Below are positions 21,983 to 31,171 of a DNA stretch of 64,000 nucleotides, in pieces. Every line of letters starts with the position of its first letter. The first letter of the stretch is position 1. The position numbers were made by a program, and so were the translations under genes. The notes beneath the pieces are model-generated. The model had not been told where the DNA came from and ran no database searches. It was given only the letters and a program-made list of their open reading frames with translations. The DNA is from an uncultured delta proteobacterium (GTDB lineage: Bacteria; Myxococcota_A; Polyangia; Polyangiales; Polyangiaceae), in contig CAVOKF010000007.1 in NCBI GenBank assembly GCA_963696385.1, positions 416,001 through 480,000 on the forward strand. Direction: 5' to 3'.

Positions 21983-23399
21983 GGTAGCATCCCGGCGCGT
22001 GTCTGGAGCGGAGGACGAAGGCTGCGAAGAGACGCTGACGGATACCAGCGAGAAGCGGGCCGGACCGTTGCCCGAGGTCATGGCGGACCACGTGTTCGTC
22101 GTGCTCGAAGGTTCGCGGCCGACCGCGGGATCCTCGCGTCATTCGCTCTCGAACGTAGACGATATCGTCATTGGGCGGAGTCCGACGAGAAACTCCGTTC
22201 GTGCATCGAATGGATCGCGGTGCTGGACGCTTGCCGTCGGGATCCCCGACGCCCGCATTTCCGGGCGGCACGCGCGCATCCAGCGCGTCCGTGAGGAGAG
22301 GTTCATCGAAGATCTGGGCTCCCGCAACGGCACCTGGGTGAACGGAAGGCGGATCGTGAGCCGAGAGTCGCTGTCGGACGGCGACGTCATCCAGGTCGGA
22401 CAAGCGCTGCTGAGATATCGCGCGGCGCTTGCGGTTCCAGTCGGAACGGTCCCGGACCTGGATTCCGCTAGGGATGGCACGTCGATCCCCCTCGGTACCA
22501 TGATCCCGTCATTCGCCGATCGCATTGCGATGTTGGCACGGGTCTCGCGTTCGCTGAGCCCGATTCTCCTTTTAGGCGAGTCCGGAACCGGCAAGGAGGT
22601 CGCGGCGCGTGGAATTCACCGGATATCGGAGCGAAAAGGACCGTTTCAGGCCATCAATTGTGGCGCCCTTCCGGCCACCCTCATCGAGGCTCAACTCTTC
22701 GGCCACGTTCGCGGCGCATTCTCCGGTGCTGTCACCGACGCGCCGGGGCTCCTGCGAAGCGCGGAGGGCGGAACTCTCCTACTCGACGAGATCGGCGATC
22801 TCCCGGGGCCCTGCCAAGCGGCACTCCTGCGCGTCCTGCAGGAGCGCGAGGTCGTGCCTGTCGGTGGGGTGCGGCCGATCAAGTTGGACCTGCGTGTCGT
22901 GGCGGCAACCCATCGCCCGCTCGCGGCACTCGTCGCGCGCGGGGATTTTCGAAACGATCTCTTTGCGCGCATCGCGGGCTTCACGTTCGCGCTGCCCGCT
23001 CTGCGCGACCGTAAAGAAGACATCGGGTTGATGGTCGAGGGGTTCGCGCGTGACCGGCCGTTGCGACTGAGTGCAGAGGCTGCGCGGGCGCTTTTCGAGC
23101 ACGACTGGCCTCTCAATGTGCGTGAGCTTCATCAGGTGCTGGATGTCGCGACAACGCTGGCCCGTGGCGACCCTATCCGCGTGGACCACCTCCATGCGAC
23201 GATTTCGGCGCCGGCCTTTCGGGCGGCGTCTGCGAATGGCGCGTCGGACGCAAGCGACAGCGTCCGGATACGCCTGGTCGCAGCGCTAGCGCGCCACAGC
23301 GGAAACGTCAGCGCGGCGGCGCGTGATCTTGGCAAAGCACGCATGCAAGTGCAGAGGTGGATCAAGCGATTCGGGATTGATGCGCGACAGTACCGCTGA
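21981..23399 (+). CDS. FHA-domain sigma54-dependent transcriptional activator
   Basis: FHA motifs IGR, ISGRHA, EDLGSRNGTWVNG; AAA+ motifs GESGTGKE, GAFSGA, LLLDEIGD; HTH GNVSAAARDLG. Start uncertain. Confidence 0.92.
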   Translation: MVASRRVSGAEDEGCEETLTDTSEKRAGPLPEVMADHVFVVLEGSRPTAGSSRHSLSNVDDIVIGRSPTRNSVRASNGSRCWTLAVGIPDARISGRHARIQRVREERFIEDLGSRNGTWVNGRRIVSRESLSDGDVIQVGQALLRYRAALAVPVGTVPDLDSARDGTSIPLGTMIPSFADRIAMLARVSRSLSPILLLGESGTGKEVAARGIHRISERKGPFQAINCGALPATLIEAQLFGHVRGAFSGAVTDAPGLLRSAEGGTLLLDEIGDLPGPCQAALLRVLQEREVVPVGGVRPIKLDLRVVAATHRPLAALVARGDFRNDLFARIAGFTFALPALRDRKEDIGLMVEGFARDRPLRLSAEAARALFEHDWPLNVRELHQVLDVATTLARGDPIRVDHLHATISAPAFRAASANGASDASDSVRIRLVAALARHSGNVSAAARDLGKARMQVQRWIKRFGIDARQYR

Positions 23400-23456
23400 G
23401 CCCGAGCGCGCGCCAGGCGTGGCGGCCGCGTGGCTCGGGCTCTCGTGGGCGCACCC

Positions 23457-24566
23457 TCAAAAGGACGATCCCAGAAACACGTGGCGTCCATCCGTGCCCA
23501 ACGTCGGCCATGGCTTGGTCCCGGACAGCCATAGAACTCCGCCTCCAGCGACCATGGCCATCCCGATGGCGAATGCGACCGATGCGCCATCGCCGAGAGC
23601 GACGGCACGTTCGGAACTTTCTGCTCGTGGCCCCCCGCTCAGCCCTTGCGCCTGCGCGAACCGGGCCTCCGCCGCAAAAAGGAGCACGGCCGAAGTGACT
23701 ATGGAGGCCGCCCCCGCGGAGCCCATGACGACGGCCGCGGTCCTGCGGGAATCCAGGCCCCTGCGCCTAACCCCCGAAGCGGGCTGAACGGAAGGAGCCC
23801 GTTCGTCGGGGAGCTCTTGGCTGGGTGCGAGGGTGGCGACGCCGGAGTCCGCCGCGTGCGGTTCGGGCAGGCAGCCGTCGCGAGTCTCGGGCACCGCAAT
23901 CGTCACCGTTTCCCCGAGGGGCGCGATCACCAAGGAGACGGACCAGAGACGACGGCTGGAGCGCTCGGCTTCCACTCGATACGGGCCGGGGTCCACGGGT
24001 ACGGCAACTTCCCATCTCTCCGACGGAACGATTTTGCCATTGAGTGTGATCCTAAGGTCTGCGGTCGGCTTCGAAACGTGGATGGCCAATCGCGACAGCT
24101 TGGGTTCGAGCGCCATGCGACGCCGTTGAGCCTCCGCCTGGTCCTCGTCACGACCCGCGACCGCGGCTGTGGCGGCAGCTCTTGCGAAGGCGGCGTAAGC
24201 GCTTGCCGTGCGGCCCGATTTTTCATAGCAGTCGCCGAGATTGAGCAGCACACCCGACCCCGCGTAGATCGCACTGGCAGCTTGCAGCTTTCCGCAAGCG
24301 ATCGCGTATTGACCCGCCTTCAAGAGCCGCCGCGCCTCGTCGAAGAGAACGCGTGCGGTCGTCACGTCGCCGCCCTCCGCTGAGCAAGGGGTGGTTCGAA
24401 ACGATGCCCCGGTCACGAGAAGGCACCCGAGCGCGGCCGTCCACGGCCGAACCCATCGATGGCCGCCTCGATCAGCCCCTCGCCATCGTGGCCGGCGGCG
24501 CACGCCGCATTGCGCCGCTGCCGATCGGTTGAATGCGTTGCCGCTCGATAGGGCCGCTCGTGACAT
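23457..24566 (-). CDS. TPR + PEGA domain protein (myxobacterial type)
   Basis: ARVLFDEARRL..GQYAIAC, GVLLNLGDCYEKSGRTASA, VPVDPGPYRVEA, two C-terminal hydrophobic helices. Confidence 0.8.
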   Translation of the reverse strand: MSRAALSSGNAFNRSAAAQCGVRRRPRWRGADRGGHRWVRPWTAALGCLLVTGASFRTTPCSAEGGDVTTARVLFDEARRLLKAGQYAIACGKLQAASAIYAGSGVLLNLGDCYEKSGRTASAYAAFARAAATAAVAGRDEDQAEAQRRRMALEPKLSRLAIHVSKPTADLRITLNGKIVPSERWEVAVPVDPGPYRVEAERSSRRLWSVSLVIAPLGETVTIAVPETRDGCLPEPHAADSGVATLAPSQELPDERAPSVQPASGVRRRGLDSRRTAAVVMGSAGAASIVTSAVLLFAAEARFAQAQGLSGGPRAESSERAVALGDGASVAFAIGMAMVAGGGVLWLSGTKPWPTLGTDGRHVFLGSSF

Positions 24567-24851
24567 TCTTTCCCCGCTTCAATTCCCAAACGCTCGGTTG
24601 GAGCCTGTTCCTCGCACTGTAGATCGTCTCGTGTCGGTCGTGACGGCCCATGCTCGCAAATGCCGGCCCGCACGCCGATAGGCGAGCCGTTCGCAGGCTT
24701 GCGAGCCCCGAGAAGGCAACCCCCGCAACATCAACCGCCGTCGGGCCGCGTCAAGTCGCGGCGAGCGACCCTCGTGGGCACTCGCTCCCACGACGCGCGT
24801 CTTGACAAACGACCGCGCGGAACATTCGGGCCAGGCGGTGCAACTGGCAAA

Positions 24852-24877
24852 GCAACGTGTAACGCAACGTGCAACGC
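24852..24877 (+). promoter_or_regulatory. Tandem-repeat enhancer candidate, copy 2
   Basis: GCAACGTGTAACGCAACGTGCAACGC, starting 89 bp before the sigma54 GG. Confidence 0.7.
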
Positions 24878-24939
24878 GGTCGAGGCGCCGCTGATCGCAC
24901 GCGCACGCCCAACGCCGCAATTCCGAGGCGTTCCATCCC

Positions 24940-24955
24940 TGGCACGCGACGTGCT
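24940..24955 (+). promoter_or_regulatory. Sigma54 promoter, copy 2
   Basis: TGGCACGCGACGTGCT = GG-N10-GC. Confidence 0.8.
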
Positions 24956-25075
24956 CCCTATCGACGTCGCGCTGCTCAGGATGCTTCACCTGCTTCTGGT
25001 TTTCCGAGCGGGCTCTGCGCCTGATCGCAGTCCACACAGGTGTTCTGCACCTTTACAAACCGAGGAAATGTCTCC

Positions 25076-25978
25076 ATGAACTACGTTCGTCATGCCATGA
25101 TCGCCGGCGCCTTCTGCGCCGGCCTTTTTGCCACGGAGTCTTCTGCGTCGGCCTCCATCCCCATAGGCGCATGGACCGCCATTAGTGCGCCCGACGGCAA
25201 TACGCCCAAACTGGTTGCCGCGACCCCGGTGCCCGGCGTGTTGATTTCTTCAGCCAGCGGCATCTGGTCGTATGACGGTGACAGTTGGACAAAACTCTCA
25301 ACTTACAGCGGAGCCAAATCGCTGGTCAGCAACGCGGATGGGGTCCCTTATATTCTTGATTCAAATGGGCATCCGTTGGTATGGAATGGTACTTCAAACG
25401 TGACCGGCCTCCCCTACGGGTTCAACTGGGCTGTGCCGAATGCAAACAATAACCCGGGAAGTGGGGGGTCGGCCGTTTGCCCGAGCCCCACGGAGCTGGC
25501 CCTGGGTTCGGGCGGCGCGATTTGGGTCATCGGTTGCTTGTCGTCCGACGGGCCGCTCATATACGGCAACACGATCAATAGCAATTATAACTGGGGAACA
25601 TCTTATAAAGTCAATACAAAAAACGTCCTTCAGTCGATTGGGGGGAACACCCTGTACAGCGAGCCATGGACTGTGGATTCTGAGGGCCTCACGTATCTCG
25701 GAGCGCAGGCGTACGGGCAAGAGTGGCACACTCCCTATATTCAGTATACGACGCCGGGTGCTCAAGTGATCGGTCAATGGGGAAACCAGCCTTTCGCCAT
25801 CGCAATTCCGTTGGGCGGCTTGAACGGCAACGGCGATTACCCTGTTGCGTACTATACCGACGGTGCTTGGGGCTGGCCCTATTACTCCGGCGCCGCCCAT
25901 GCTGTCAGCGTAGAGAGCTACACGAGTGCTGCTCTCTACACCTACTCCAACGACATCGCGGTTATCACGTTCGACTGA
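25076..25978 (+). CDS. Secreted Trp/Gly/Tyr-rich protein, possible beta-propeller/lectin
   Basis: GAGG RBS, signal peptide ending ASA-S, GIWSYDGDSW and GAIWVIGC units. AT-richer than its flanks. Confidence 0.75.
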   Translation: MNYVRHAMIAGAFCAGLFATESSASASIPIGAWTAISAPDGNTPKLVAATPVPGVLISSASGIWSYDGDSWTKLSTYSGAKSLVSNADGVPYILDSNGHPLVWNGTSNVTGLPYGFNWAVPNANNNPGSGGSAVCPSPTELALGSGGAIWVIGCLSSDGPLIYGNTINSNYNWGTSYKVNTKNVLQSIGGNTLYSEPWTVDSEGLTYLGAQAYGQEWHTPYIQYTTPGAQVIGQWGNQPFAIAIPLGGLNGNGDYPVAYYTDGAWGWPYYSGAAHAVSVESYTSAALYTYSNDIAVITFD

Positions 25979-26003
25979 GTCCTCGTCGCGGGTCACCCGA
26001 ACG

Positions 26004-26038
26004 CGCGACCCTGGCGACCACGGTCGCCAGGGGTCGCG
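26004..26038. terminator. Strong hairpin downstream of the secreted-protein gene
   Basis: CGCGACCCTGGCGACC-AC-GGTCGCCAGGGGTCGCG (one bulge), no U-tract. Confidence 0.45.
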
Positions 26039-26527
26039 GCTGCAGCGCGTACTGGAGGGTCTCCTTCATGAATCGATGGGCTCGCTGCACGGGCACCCCG
26101 CGCTTTCTTTCCGGGCGGGCCGCTCGGCCTTTGCCGGGGTTCGCCGCGATTCACCCGATGACCGCGCGGCGGAGAGGGGTTCACGGCGGCGTGATGGGGC
26201 GGTCGCGAACGTCATGAGCGCACGCACAACCTCGATTGGACTCGAGGCGCCCGACCACGGCGGTGCAGGAGAGCGCATCGCCGATGAGCGCCGGAAACCG
26301 AATTCGGTCGATTCGCCGCCGCGCGTTGCGCGCCACCACGGGGCTCGCGTAGAGTGGACTCTCCTGCCTGTAACCGGCCGATTCGCGTCCTCGACCCGGG
26401 CGGATTCGTCGTCTGAAAGCCTGTTCTCGCACCCCTAGCGGTACTGACGATGAGTCGAAGACCGTTCGGCCCTCGCCGAGTCGCGGCGCGTGCCTTTCCC
26501 CTTTTGAGGCGACCGGAGGTGATCTTC

Positions 26528-27772
26528 ATGAAGCGCACTCGCGTCATTTGCCTGCTCGGCGTACTCGCCATGGGCGTCGCCCTCGCCATCGCGTGCGGCG
26601 GCGGAACGAGCTCGACCAGCAACTCGGCCAAGCCCGACGGCGGAAGCACGGCCAACGCCAGCAGCGCTGCCAGCAGCGGCAATGCGAGTAGCGGGAACGC
26701 CAACGGCAGCGTCGGCACCGTCGTTACGGATGCCGGCATGGAGATCGTCACCAACGTCGAGTGCCCGCCGAACTCCAACCCGCCCAGCTTGTGCCCGCTC
26801 GGTCAATCCTGCTGTACGACCACAGCGGCGCCCGAGGCGGGCGGCCCACCGACCGAGTCGTTCGCCTGCGTCGAGACAACGGCTTCTTGCGCGGGGACGG
26901 TGACCTCGTGCACGAGCTCCCTGCAATGCGCGACGGCCCAGGTCTGTTGCAGCGAGCCGATTGGCGATGCGGGCGGGGCGGCTCGGAACCAACTTTGCGA
27001 AAACACGTCGTGCCCCGCAGGGGCCACGCAGCTCTGCACCGAGACCAGCGAGTGCCCCGCCGGGCAGATGTGCATGGGCGGCGGTGGCGCGATGACGTGC
27101 CGCGTACCGCCGTGTACTGGCTCAGCGAGCTGTTCGGCGGGCGACGTTTGTTGCGCGGGTGCAGGCCGCGGTGCCGGCGCGACGTGCGAGGCCGCGTGCG
27201 CGATGGGTGCGGTGCAGCTTTGCAAAGCGAGCGCAGAGTGCCCGGCCGGCGAGATGTGCCTGGCCGGCGCTGGAGCCGGAGGCGTCATGACGTGCGGCGT
27301 GCCCCCCTGCACCGGCGCGGCGAGCTGCGATGCGGGCGAGTTTTGCTGCGAAATGGGGCGGGGCGGCGCCACCTGTCAGGCGACCGCGTGCGGCATGGGC
27401 GCGAATCAGGTCTGCGCGACCACGGCAGAATGCTCAGCGGGGGAGACGTGCCAGGGCGCGGGTGGGGGCGGACCGATGATCTGCGCGGTCCCGCCGTGCA
27501 CGGCGGGGAGTTGCGACGCCGGGATGATCTGCTGCACGAATGGCGGCGGGACCTGTCAGATGGGCCCCATGTGCATGGGCGGCGGCGCCCAGGTGTGCAC
27601 CGTGACCTCCGACTGCCCGGCCGGACTCGTGTGCAGGGCGGCAGGTGGCGGCGCGGCATTGGCGTGCCGCATGCCCTTGCCGGACGCGGGCGAAGCGCCC
27701 AACGACGGTGGAGCGCCCAACGACGGTGGAGCGCCCGAAAAGGATGGGGCGACAGACGCGGGCGGGGACTGA
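26528..27772 (+). CDS. Cysteine-rich repeat lipoprotein
   Basis: GGAGG RBS, lipobox AIAC, and about 4-5 repeats of QLC...SECPAG.MC..GGG.MTC.VPPCTG..SC.AG..CC. Confidence 0.85.
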   Translation: MKRTRVICLLGVLAMGVALAIACGGGTSSTSNSAKPDGGSTANASSAASSGNASSGNANGSVGTVVTDAGMEIVTNVECPPNSNPPSLCPLGQSCCTTTAAPEAGGPPTESFACVETTASCAGTVTSCTSSLQCATAQVCCSEPIGDAGGAARNQLCENTSCPAGATQLCTETSECPAGQMCMGGGGAMTCRVPPCTGSASCSAGDVCCAGAGRGAGATCEAACAMGAVQLCKASAECPAGEMCLAGAGAGGVMTCGVPPCTGAASCDAGEFCCEMGRGGATCQATACGMGANQVCATTAECSAGETCQGAGGGGPMICAVPPCTAGSCDAGMICCTNGGGTCQMGPMCMGGGAQVCTVTSDCPAGLVCRAAGGGAALACRMPLPDAGEAPNDGGAPNDGGAPEKDGATDAGGD

Positions 27773-27801
27773 ACGGAGAGGCCGAAGCGGCGAGCCGCGC
27801 A

Positions 27802-27871
27802 ACCCCGACCCCGACCGCGACCCCGACCGCGACCGCGACCCCGACCCCGACCCGACCGCGACCCCGACCCC
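27802..27871. repeat. Hexanucleotide tandem repeat (ACC[C/G]CG)n
   Basis: About 11-12 units of ACCCCG/ACCGCG between convergent genes. Confidence 0.85.
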
Positions 27872-27895
27872 TCTCAACACCCGGAGCGGTTGACG

Positions 27896-29017
27896 TCAGC
27901 GCGGGCCCGCGAAGGTCAAGAGACGCGCTCCGCGCGCATCGACCAGATAGATGGTGCCGTTCGCATCCGCAACGGCGTTGCGCGCACCTTCTGCGGTGGC
28001 ACCCAACGCAACGACGGTGGGCGCGCCGCTATCGTTCAAGCGCGCGACCGTCAGCCGTGCCGCCTTGCCCGCCGCGACAACGAGCAGCTTCGCCGCATCC
28101 AGATACTCGATGTTGTCGACGCCCGCCCCCGTGTCAAGGGTGCCAAGCGGCGCCCCGTCGCGGGATCCATCGAAGACTTTGACGCTATCGGTGCACGCCA
28201 CGATGACGAAATCGCGAGTCCCATCGACCGCAACGCCGCGCGGGCCGTCGGGACCGCATCCGGAGGCCCACGTTGCCTTGACAGAATGCGTCTTGATGTC
28301 GACCGCGAGGGTGCGGTTCCTGTCCTCAAGATTCGTGTAGAAGAGCCCGCGGTTGACGTCCACGGCATAGCCCTCCGTGTCGCCGTCGGTCTTGATGACG
28401 AGTTTCGGCTCGAGCGTATCCGGCTTCGAGGCATCGAGCACCGTGAGCGAATGGTCTCTCGGCGTCGTCACCCAAACCTCCCTCTCCGACGCGACATAGG
28501 CGACGCCGTCCGTGGGAGTCGAAAGCTTCAAGCAAGAGCCGAGCTTGAGCGTTTCCTCCTCGACGGCGCACACCTCGCTCGTCGCGCGGTCGCCGACGTA
28601 AAGGAATCCGTTGCCAACCGTCGCGGCGCTCGGTCCCATCATGCGCCTCTTGCCGCGGGCTTCTCGCTCGGCAGTTTTGAAGCCGTCGACGCGGCTGAAG
28701 GTGCTCGTCGCGACGTCGAAGACGTCCACGCTACCGGTGTCGCCGACCGGCACATAGACACGCGCGTGCAGGCCGCAAGACGCCAGGTAGTCGACCGTCA
28801 CGGGTCCGATCGCTCCGGGGAGAGGAATGATCCGCGCGGTGAGCTGCGCCGGACCCGCCCCCGAAGACGGGCCCCCCTGCACGGTCGCCGGAGTCCCGGT
28901 CACCACCGGCGTCGGTGCGACAACGGTGCCCGGCGGCGCCGCTCCCGGCACGGCCGTCGGCGCTTTGGTACACGCGCACAGAGCGGCAAGAACGACACCG
29001 CCCCGCCGCAGCCACAT
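27896..29017 (-). CDS. YncE/YVTN-like beta-propeller lipoprotein
   Basis: Lipobox LCAC; VYVPVGDTGSVDV, TEGYAVD..RGLFYTNLED, PRGVAVD, TGAGVDNI. Confidence 0.8.
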   Translation of the reverse strand: MWLRRGGVVLAALCACTKAPTAVPGAAPPGTVVAPTPVVTGTPATVQGGPSSGAGPAQLTARIIPLPGAIGPVTVDYLASCGLHARVYVPVGDTGSVDVFDVATSTFSRVDGFKTAEREARGKRRMMGPSAATVGNGFLYVGDRATSEVCAVEEETLKLGSCLKLSTPTDGVAYVASEREVWVTTPRDHSLTVLDASKPDTLEPKLVIKTDGDTEGYAVDVNRGLFYTNLEDRNRTLAVDIKTHSVKATWASGCGPDGPRGVAVDGTRDFVIVACTDSVKVFDGSRDGAPLGTLDTGAGVDNIEYLDAAKLLVVAAGKAARLTVARLNDSGAPTVVALGATAEGARNAVADANGTIYLVDARGARLLTFAGPR

Positions 29018-29103
29018 GCCCGGACGGTCGCACACCCAACGCCGTGTTTCGGGCCGTAGGCACTCCTTGAACACGCCCTTCGGCGGACGTGATCCTTGTG
29101 CCA

Positions 29104-29322
29104 TCAGCTCATCCCGCAGGCACCTGGCCCGCGAGGATCACCGCAGCGACCGCACGCGGAAGGGGCGGCTTCGGCTGCCTTGCTGCTGGCCACGGCGACT
29201 CGGGAGAAGAGGACGCGCTCCGTGTCGGTCCCGCACTTCGGGCACGGTGCGGTGGTCGGCCGTGATGACAGATCCTCGAAGGAGGCGGAACACTTCTGGC
29301 AGACGTACTCGTAGAGCGGCAC
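29104..29322 (-). CDS. FmdB-family zinc-ribbon protein
   Basis: (M)PLYEYVCQKC..FEDL..CPKCG..ERVLFS, C-terminal CGRC..C. Confidence 0.85.
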   Translation of the reverse strand: MPLYEYVCQKCSASFEDLSSRPTTAPCPKCGTDTERVLFSRVAVASSKAAEAAPSACGRCGDPRGPGACGMS

Positions 29323-29605
29323 GGGGAAACCTCGATCGCCACCATAGCGCGAGATGGACGACCGGCTCAAGTTGGCCCCCCTTGCACGACGCGATCCACC
29401 CCGCGTTCGCGTGCGTGATCCGGGCGGAAGCGGCCGCGACGACCCTCGGGGAGGCCCTGTCCGGTCTCTTCGGTTCTGGCCGTGCGGCAGTGCACTCCGG
29501 GTAGGTCCGCCCATAAGACATCGGCTCGAGCGCGAACAGTTCGTCGCGAGGCTGCTTCATCGCCCCGAAGTGGGGGCCCGCAGAGCCCCCATGCCGGAGG
29601 GGTCT

Positions 29606-31171
29606 TCAGGGGCCCGTGACCGCGGTGCTTCCGACCCACACGACTTCGCCCGACATCTGGTCGTACTTCGCGACGAACGTCAATTCGCCGTCGGCGCCGA
29701 TTCGAAAGACCGCGACGTTGGGCAGCTCCGTTGCGAGCGTGGCCCCTTGCCGGACAAACTCTTGCTTTTGATTCCCGACGATCAAAAACTGGTGCGACGG
29801 ATCGACCGTAAAGGTCCGAGGCTCGATGCCGTGCGTATCCACGGCGGCGACGAACGTGGGCTCCCCGGTCGTCTGATCGATCGAGAAGAGGGCAACGTTG
29901 TTCTCCCCGCCGTCCTCAAGCACCATCACGGGCGTCGCACCGGCCGCGTCCGCGCTGGCATCGCTACCGGCCGCGTCCGCGCTGGCATCGCCACCGGCCG
30001 CGTCCGCGCCCGCATCGGCCGGCGGCCCCGGGTCAGGAACGACTTCATTGAAGCGATTGGTGATCCAGAGATATTTGCCGGACGGATCGACCATGATGGC
30101 CCCGGCGCGCTGCCCGTTCACGGCCTCGGTGCTGTCCGTGATGACCGCGTCGGCGGCGACGGCGACGCTCGTGACGTCGAACTGCTTGGTCAGAGTGCCG
30201 CTCTCGAAGGTGAACATCATTAGGCGATTGCCACGCTCCGCGGACAGGTAGACCCAAGGCTGGGTGGGGTGGAAATCGAGGTGACGCGGACCGACACCAG
30301 CGTCGAAGGGGATGTTCTGTTTCGGCGTGAGGACGCCGTTCGAAAACGAATACACGAGGAGGTGTCCGAATTGCTCGGGCATGTTCACCGTGCCCGCATC
30401 GGTCGTCGTGGTCGACGGGTCGTTGCCGCGGTCGCAAATGGTGACGTACTGCCCCGACGGGTCCACCCGGATCTGGTGCAAGTACGAGCCGACGTTGGTG
30501 TCACCGCCATCGGGCTGTGCCACCATGGCCCCGATGGTGCTATCCGCTGCAATGCCGAAGACGGAGTACGTCTCGGTCACGTTGTGAACGCTCAAAAGGT
30601 ACTTGTCGTCGGCGGTCAGGGTCAGGTTAATCACGCGGCCATTGGGTGAAAGCAGCGGGCTCCCCAGCGCCATCAGTAGGCCCGAGCTCGGTGCGATCGC
30701 GTAAACGTAGTAATAGTTGCTGGAACCGGTCGTGGCGCCCACGTACAGGTGTTGTCGACTCGGGTCGAACTGCGCAAACTGAGGGATCTGGGGGACCATG
30801 GTAGGCGTCGAGGCCGTCAAGGCTCCAGTGGTCGTGTCGATCGCAAACACGCCGAGGGAGTCACCCGAGTTCGCGTACAAGACCTCGTTGGGGCTCGCAT
30901 CCGAGGCATCCCCAGGCGCCCCTGCGTCGGTCGCCGCGTCCGCATTGCCGGACGAGGCATCCGAAGTGCCACTCGAGGAGGAACTGGCGCTCGCGGTGCT
31001 GGAAGCCGTGCTGAGCGATCCGTCGACTCCTTTGCCGGAGTCGACTCCGGTCGAGGTGGAGTTGTTGACGGTACCTTGAGTGCCGGAGCTGCATCCATAG
31101 ATGGCACTGAAGGGTATGGCGACAAGCGCACACGATGCCCTGATCCTCCTCACCAATTTCGCGTTCTTCAT
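29606..31171 (-). CDS. Lactonase family (6-phosphogluconolactonase-like) 7-bladed propeller lipoprotein
   Basis: Lipobox IYGC; HQIRVDPSG, GPRHLDFHP, EPRTFTVDPS..FLIVGNQ. Contains DAG-rich insertions. Confidence 0.85.
   Translation of the reverse strand: MKNAKLVRRIRASCALVAIPFSAIYGCSSGTQGTVNNSTSTGVDSGKGVDGSLSTASSTASASSSSSGTSDASSGNADAATDAGAPGDASDASPNEVLYANSGDSLGVFAIDTTTGALTASTPTMVPQIPQFAQFDPSRQHLYVGATTGSSNYYYVYAIAPSSGLLMALGSPLLSPNGRVINLTLTADDKYLLSVHNVTETYSVFGIAADSTIGAMVAQPDGGDTNVGSYLHQIRVDPSGQYVTICDRGNDPSTTTTDAGTVNMPEQFGHLLVYSFSNGVLTPKQNIPFDAGVGPRHLDFHPTQPWVYLSAERGNRLMMFTFESGTLTKQFDVTSVAVAADAVITDSTEAVNGQRAGAIMVDPSGKYLWITNRFNEVVPDPGPPADAGADAAGGDASADAAGSDASADAAGATPVMVLEDGGENNVALFSIDQTTGEPTFVAAVDTHGIEPRTFTVDPSHQFLIVGNQKQEFVRQGATLATELPNVAVFRIGADGELTFVAKYDQMSGEVVWVGSTAVTGP

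Noticed and set aside
27802..27871. Repeat as a coding PT/DPDR tract or a CRISPR array
   Set aside because: Lies between stop codons of convergent genes, has no spacers, and the ORFs crossing it are shadows.
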